Positions 60,114 to 64,000 of a stretch of 64,000 nt of DNA are shown here, piece by piece. Position numbers and translations under genes: made by a program. The notes beneath the pieces are model-generated. The model was not told where the DNA came from. It worked only from the letters and a program-made list of their open reading frames with translations, and ran no database searches. Source of the DNA: an uncultured Acidobacteriota bacterium (GTDB lineage: Bacteria > Acidobacteriota > Thermoanaerobaculia > UBA5066 > DATFVB01); contig OY970224.1 of assembly GCA_963714035.1 (NCBI GenBank), forward strand, positions 2,337,996 to 2,401,995, given 5' to 3'. The stretch's first letter is position 1. Each line of letters starts with the position of its first letter.

Positions 60114-61201
60114 GAGGGCTCTTCCGCCGGCGCCGCGTGGACGTCGCGCTCGTCCTTCCGGTCCTCGCGCTCCTCGGGGTCGGCCTCCTGCTCGTCGCGT
60201 CGGCGACGCTCGGGGGCCGCTTCGGCGATCTCGTGGGCCGCCAGGCGCTCTGGATGGCGGTGGGACTGGCGGCGATGCTGGCGCTCCTCGCGATCGACTA
60301 CCGGGTGCTGCTGAAATTCTCGTTCCCGATCTATGCGGCCTCGCTCGTTCCGCTCGTCTATCTCCTCGTGTTCGGGCACCGGATCGCCAACGTCCGGTCG
60401 TGGGTGCGGTTTGGGGCGTTCCAGTTCCAGCCGGCGGAAGTCGCCAAGGTCGCGACGGCGCTCCTCCTCGCCTACCTCTTCGAGAACGAGCAGGATCGGC
60501 GCCTTCGCCCCGCGGCCCTGGTGAAGCTCTTCGCAATGGTGCTCTTCCCCTGTCTCCTCGTCTTTCTGCAGCCGGACCTCGGCCTGGCGCTCACGTTCGT
60601 GCCGCTTCTCCTCGTCGGGATGTACTTCGGCCGGATGCGCCGCCGGTGGTGGGCGGTCCTCGCGATCGGCTTCGCCGTGTGCTGCGCCGTCGGATGGATT
60701 TTCCTGAAGGGGTATCAGAAGCAGCGGATCGCGACGTTCGTCCATCCCGACGCGGACGTCTCGGGCGCGGGATACCAGGTGCGGCAGTCGAAGATCGCGG
60801 TCGGCTCGGGCGAGCTCGTCGGAAAGGGGTACCGCCGCGGGACGCAGAGCCAGCTCCGGTTCCTGCCGGTCCGACACACGGATTTCATCTTCGCCGTCCT
60901 TGCGGAGGAGTTCGGGTTCCTCGGCGTGCTCGTCGTCCTGTCGCTCTACGCCGCCGTCGTCCTCCGGGGGCTGAGGCTCGCCTCGCACGCGCGCGACCGC
61001 GGCGGCGCGTTCCTCGTCCTGGGCCTCACCGGCGGTCTCTTCTTTTCGGTCATGCTCAACACCGGGATGATGATCGGCCTCTTCCCGACGACCGGAATTC
61101 CGCTGCCGCTCCTTTCGTACGGCGGATCCTCCGTCGCGACGACGCTCGCCTCGATCGGCCTGATCCTCTCGGTGGAAGCGAGAAGGTTCGCCAATGCGTG
61201 A
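60110..61201 (+). CDS. rodA: Rod shape-determining protein RodA (SEDS family)
   Basis: FtsW/RodA/SpoVE family 10-TM protein. GTG start overlapping the mrdA stop (GTGA). Confidence 0.9.
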   Translation: MRGLFRRRRVDVALVLPVLALLGVGLLLVASATLGGRFGDLVGRQALWMAVGLAAMLALLAIDYRVLLKFSFPIYAASLVPLVYLLVFGHRIANVRSWVRFGAFQFQPAEVAKVATALLLAYLFENEQDRRLRPAALVKLFAMVLFPCLLVFLQPDLGLALTFVPLLLVGMYFGRMRRRWWAVLAIGFAVCCAVGWIFLKGYQKQRIATFVHPDADVSGAGYQVRQSKIAVGSGELVGKGYRRGTQSQLRFLPVRHTDFIFAVLAEEFGFLGVLVVLSLYAAVVLRGLRLASHARDRGGAFLVLGLTGGLFFSVMLNTGMMIGLFPTTGIPLPLLSYGGSSVATTLASIGLILSVEARRFANA

Positions 61202-61216
61202 CCCGCGCCGTCATGG

Positions 61217-61372
61217 CAAATTTCGAAACACGAAGCACGAATTCCGGAACAGATCGGAAGGACCGAAATCCGAATGACGAAAACGAACCTGAGAAACCGA
61301 GCTCCCGTTTCAAGAATTCGAATTTGGGATTTCGAATTTGTTTCGAGTTTCGATATTCGGATTTCGGATTTC
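61217..61372. repeat. AT-rich palindromic MITE-like element, copy 3, immediately upstream of rng
   Basis: cacgaagcacgaattccggaacagatcggaaggaccgaaatccgaatgacgaaaacgaa ... gaattcgaatttgggatttcgaatttgtttcgagtttcgatattcggatttcggatttc. Confidence 0.7.
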
Positions 61373-61395
61373 TCGCCATCGAGGATTGTGCTCGA

Positions 61396-62880
61396 ATGAA
61401 CGACCTCGTCAAGGAGATCCTGATCGACTGCAGCCCGGTGCAGACGCGGGTCGCGTTGACCGAGAACGGCAAGCCCGCGGAGCTCCTGCTCGAGCGCGCC
61501 CGGCGGTCGGGGACCGTCGGCGACATCTATCTGGGCCGCGTCTCCCGCGTCCTCCCGGGAATGCAGGCGGCATTCGTCGACATCGGTCTCGAGAAGGACG
61601 CGTTCCTCTACGTCGCCGACGTCCGCGACGACTGGGAGGACGAGGAGGACGTCCCCGAGGACGAGCCGCGGCCGCGCCCCGCGATATCGATCGACGACCT
61701 CCTCAAGGAAGGCCAGGACCTCGTCGTCCAGGTCGTGAAGGAGCCGATCGGCGGAAAGGGGGCGCGCGTCTCGACGAACATCTCGCTTCCGGGGAGGCTC
61801 CTCGTGTTCACTCCGTTCTCGCCGCGCGTCGGGATCTCCCGGAGGATCGAGGACGAAGCGGAACGCGAGCGCCTGAAAGCGCTCCTCGACGGCTTCCGCG
61901 GCGAAGGGGGCTTCATCGCGCGAACCGTCTCGGAAGGGCGGGCCGCCGAGGAGTTCGAGAACGACCGGACCTATCTCGCCGCGCTGTGGGAGTCGATCCA
62001 GGCTCGCGCGCGCTCGGCGCGGCCGCCGACCCTGCTTCACCGCGAACAGGACCTCCTGCTCCGATCGATCCGCGATCTGCTCTCCCGCGACGTCGCCGCG
62101 ATCCGCGTCAACGACCACGAGGCATTCGGGCGCGTCGTCGAGTTCGTCAACGCGATGGAGCCCGCGCTCGTTTCCCGGGTGCGCCTCCAGAAACCGAGCC
62201 CGCTCTTCTTCGAGGAGTTCGGGGTCGAGGCGGAAATCGAAAAGGCGATCAAGTCGAAGGTGTGGCTGAAATCCGGGGGCTACATCGTGATCAATCCGAC
62301 CGAGGCGCTCGTCTCGATCGACGTCAACTCCGGCAAGTTCGTCGGCAAGGACAGCCTCGAGGAGACCGTGCTCGCCGTGAACCTCGAAGCGGCGCGCGAG
62401 ATCGTGCGGCAGATCCGCCTGCGCGACCTCGGCGGCATCCTCGTCGTCGACTTCATCGACCTCGAGGACGAAGAGCATCGCCGCCAGCTCTTCGAGGCGT
62501 TCGAAACGGAGATGAAGAAAGATCGCGCGAAATCGAAGATCCTCCAGATTTCCGAATTCGGCCTCGTCCAGATCACCCGGAAGCGCTCCCGCGCTTCGCT
62601 CGAGCGCGCGCTCACGAAGCCGTGCCCCTCCTGCGGCGGCAACGGCCGCGTCAAGAACGACTACACCGTCGGGCTCGAGATCCGCCGCGAGATCATGAAG
62701 CTCGCCCGCTCTTTCACGTCCGGGGAAACGATCCTCGTCCGGGCCTCGGGGGACGTCGTCCGCCTGCTGCGCGAGGAGAAACGGATCCTGGACGACGTCG
62801 AGCGCGAGCTGGAAGTGTCGGTCGTGCTGAGGGAAGACGAGATGCTTCCCCCGGCCCGCTACGAAATCGCCGTCCTATAG
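61396..62880 (+). CDS. rng: Ribonuclease G (RNase E/G family)
   Basis: S1 domain, DNase I-like catalytic region (VSIDVNSGKF), and Zn-link CPSCGGNG. The ATG at 61396 was found on the sequence. Confidence 0.9.
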   Translation: MNDLVKEILIDCSPVQTRVALTENGKPAELLLERARRSGTVGDIYLGRVSRVLPGMQAAFVDIGLEKDAFLYVADVRDDWEDEEDVPEDEPRPRPAISIDDLLKEGQDLVVQVVKEPIGGKGARVSTNISLPGRLLVFTPFSPRVGISRRIEDEAERERLKALLDGFRGEGGFIARTVSEGRAAEEFENDRTYLAALWESIQARARSARPPTLLHREQDLLLRSIRDLLSRDVAAIRVNDHEAFGRVVEFVNAMEPALVSRVRLQKPSPLFFEEFGVEAEIEKAIKSKVWLKSGGYIVINPTEALVSIDVNSGKFVGKDSLEETVLAVNLEAAREIVRQIRLRDLGGILVVDFIDLEDEEHRRQLFEAFETEMKKDRAKSKILQISEFGLVQITRKRSRASLERALTKPCPSCGGNGRVKNDYTVGLEIRREIMKLARSFTSGETILVRASGDVVRLLREEKRILDDVERELEVSVVLREDEMLPPARYEIAVL

Positions 62881-62882
62881 AG

Positions 62883-63010
62883 CGGCGCGGACCATACGCG
62901 CCGTTATACGGACGCGAAGGCCCGCCCCGCGGCGCTCAACGTACGTTCCCAGTACGCCTCGGCCGCGGGACCGGGCCTTCGCGTCCGTCTTCCAGCACGT
63001 CTGGCCGCGC
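62883..63010. repeat. ~125-bp GCGCGG...CCGCGC family, copy E (inverted)
   Basis: The reverse complement reads ggcgcggccagacgtgctggaagacgg...ggcgtactgggaacgtacgttgagcgccgc...cgtataacggcgcgtatggtccgcgcc. Confidence 0.7.
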
Positions 63011-63292
63011 CGCCGGTCGATTACTTGCTTCCACCGGGCGATTCAAGCGACGCGGACCCATTCAAACGCAGGGTCTTCACATCGCCTGATTTTTCGCCCG
63101 CGGCACCGTCACGCAGGCCCGGTACCCGAGCCAGCTCCCCCGACGAACAAAAAGGCCCCGGGGCGATCCCCCAGGGCGGGAAAAGAAGGAGTTCTTTCCC
63201 GCTTCAAAATTCGCGCCAGCACACTTTCCGGAAATAACGAAACCTTCCCCCGGGTTCACCGTAATAACCAGTAACCTTCATAACTCCTCCTC

Positions 63293-63323
63293 GGCCCCGC
63301 ATGAGGCGGGGCCCCCTTTTTTT
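63293..63323 (+). terminator. Rho-independent terminator (GC hairpin plus T7 run)
   Basis: GGCCCCGC-atga-GGCGGGGCC followed by CCCTTTTTTTCC. Confidence 0.75.
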
Positions 63324-63487
63324 CCGTCGCGGAGGCTCGCTCGGGGACCGTAAACATGTGGTGGCTCCGCGGTTCGTCGAACGAGCGACTCCGGCCGAAA
63401 AATCAGGCCATGCGAGGGGAACCGAGAACGGCCCGGGCTTAGCTCTTTGGACGTTCCTCACGGTGATCGTCTGAGGCCGCTTTCGAG

Positions 63488-63609
63488 GCGCGGTCAGACG
63501 CGAGCCCGCCGGGATGCGGGTCGGCCGCGAGATCCCGAGGCGTACCGGCGCGTACGTTGAGGGTGTCGCGGGCGGCACGCGCCCGGCCGGCTCGATGTAT
63601 CACCGCGCC
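63488..63609. repeat. ~125-bp GCGCGG...CCGCGC family, copy F
   Basis: gcgcggtcagacgcgagcccgccgggatgcgggtcggccgcgagatcccgaggcgtaccggcgcgtacgttgagggtgtcgcgggcggcacgcgcccggccggctcgatgtatcaccgcgcc. Confidence 0.7.
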
Positions 63610-63612
63610 TGC

Positions 63613-63972
63613 CTAAAGTCGCCGACGGAAGTCGGCAACGTCGCGCTTCCACACGATATCCCCGCAAAACCGGTCCCCTTCCGGGCACACCGGCCGCACG
63701 CCCGCGGCATGGCGGAGCGAACACGGGGGAAGGAGCCACTTTCCGATCCGGGGATTGATCTCGCGGATCTGGAGCGCTTCCTCGCGCGAGGCCGCCCAGA
63801 TCTCTTCCTGGGCGTTGTAGCAGAGGCGCATCGCCATCTTGTGGTGGAGGTTGAGGAGATCGGCCGACTCCGTGAAACGGACGGGCACGGCGTTGGGCAG
63901 CAGGTAGGCCGCGAACTCGTCGGGCACGCCGCGCGCGCGGAGCGCCGCGATCGCCTCCCACGTCCTCTCCAT
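63613..63972 (-). CDS. Probable FAD-dependent thymidylate synthase ThyX, C-terminal part with a Cys-rich tail (the gene may extend beyond the window)
   Basis: LLPNAVPVRFTESADLLNLHHKMAMRLCYNAQEEIWAASRE resembles the ThyX block L.LP......W.....L.NL.HF..LRLD.HAQ.EIR. The tail is CSLRHAAGVRPVCPEGDRFCGD. Confidence 0.45.
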   Translation of the reverse strand: MERTWEAIAALRARGVPDEFAAYLLPNAVPVRFTESADLLNLHHKMAMRLCYNAQEEIWAASREEALQIREINPRIGKWLLPPCSLRHAAGVRPVCPEGDRFCGDIVWKRDVADFRRRL

Positions 63973-64000
63973 CGCCTCGCGGTAGAGGCGCTCCGCTTCG

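Noticed and set aside
57378-60536. 1052-aa minus-strand ORF, and similar long antisense ORFs at 40356-43388, 8634-11123, 51957-54155, 52102-54273, 4893-6875 and 63-1704.
   Set aside because: All are antisense or out of frame to well-supported genes (PBP2/mreD, mfd, E1, PpiD, GH127, YfhO). They show Arg/Pro/Gly-rich compositions with no family resemblance.
63025-63237. 70-codon plus-strand ORF preceding the orphan terminator.
   Set aside because: Low-complexity Pro/Ser/Arg-rich product with no RBS, so the region is treated as a candidate non-coding RNA instead.

Overview
This is a high-GC (~68-70%) bacterial chromosomal segment. Codon bias and dense Arg/Ala/Pro-rich antisense ORFs mean many listed ORFs are GC artefacts, so I kept only calls supported by recognisable protein families or clear signal peptides. 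The core content is housekeeping: an mfd / parvulin-PPIase block, ruvAB with a PLP trans-sulfuration enzyme and a PpiD-like chaperone, and a complete mreB-mreC-mreD-mrdA(PBP2)-rodA-rng rod-shape cluster. Individual genes include a GH127 glycosidase with a Tat signal, a cytochrome P450, a fused alpha/beta 2-oxoacid dehydrogenase E1, an NRAMP (MntH-like) transporter, a POT peptide transporter, a TauE/UspA pair and others. Four things stand out. First, a 1887-aa cytoplasmic protein (13595-19258) fuses a Ser/Thr kinase, a STAND/AAA ATPase, TPR-like helices and two complete SBP_bac_5 (OppA/DppA-type) ligand-binding domains. Second, a lower-GC (~52-58%) accessory island (~27.3-32.86 kb) of small secreted and membrane proteins ends at tRNA-Pro(UGG), with its own REP-like hairpin repeat in every intergenic gap. 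Third, a small GIY-YIG nuclease gene is bracketed by copies of a dispersed inverted-repeat family. Fourth, intergenic repeats are unusually dense: at least five distinct families, including an AT-rich palindromic element found immediately upstream of three gene starts and a ~125-bp GCGCGG...CCGCGC element in six copies. No CRISPR array, transposase or integrase was recognised.
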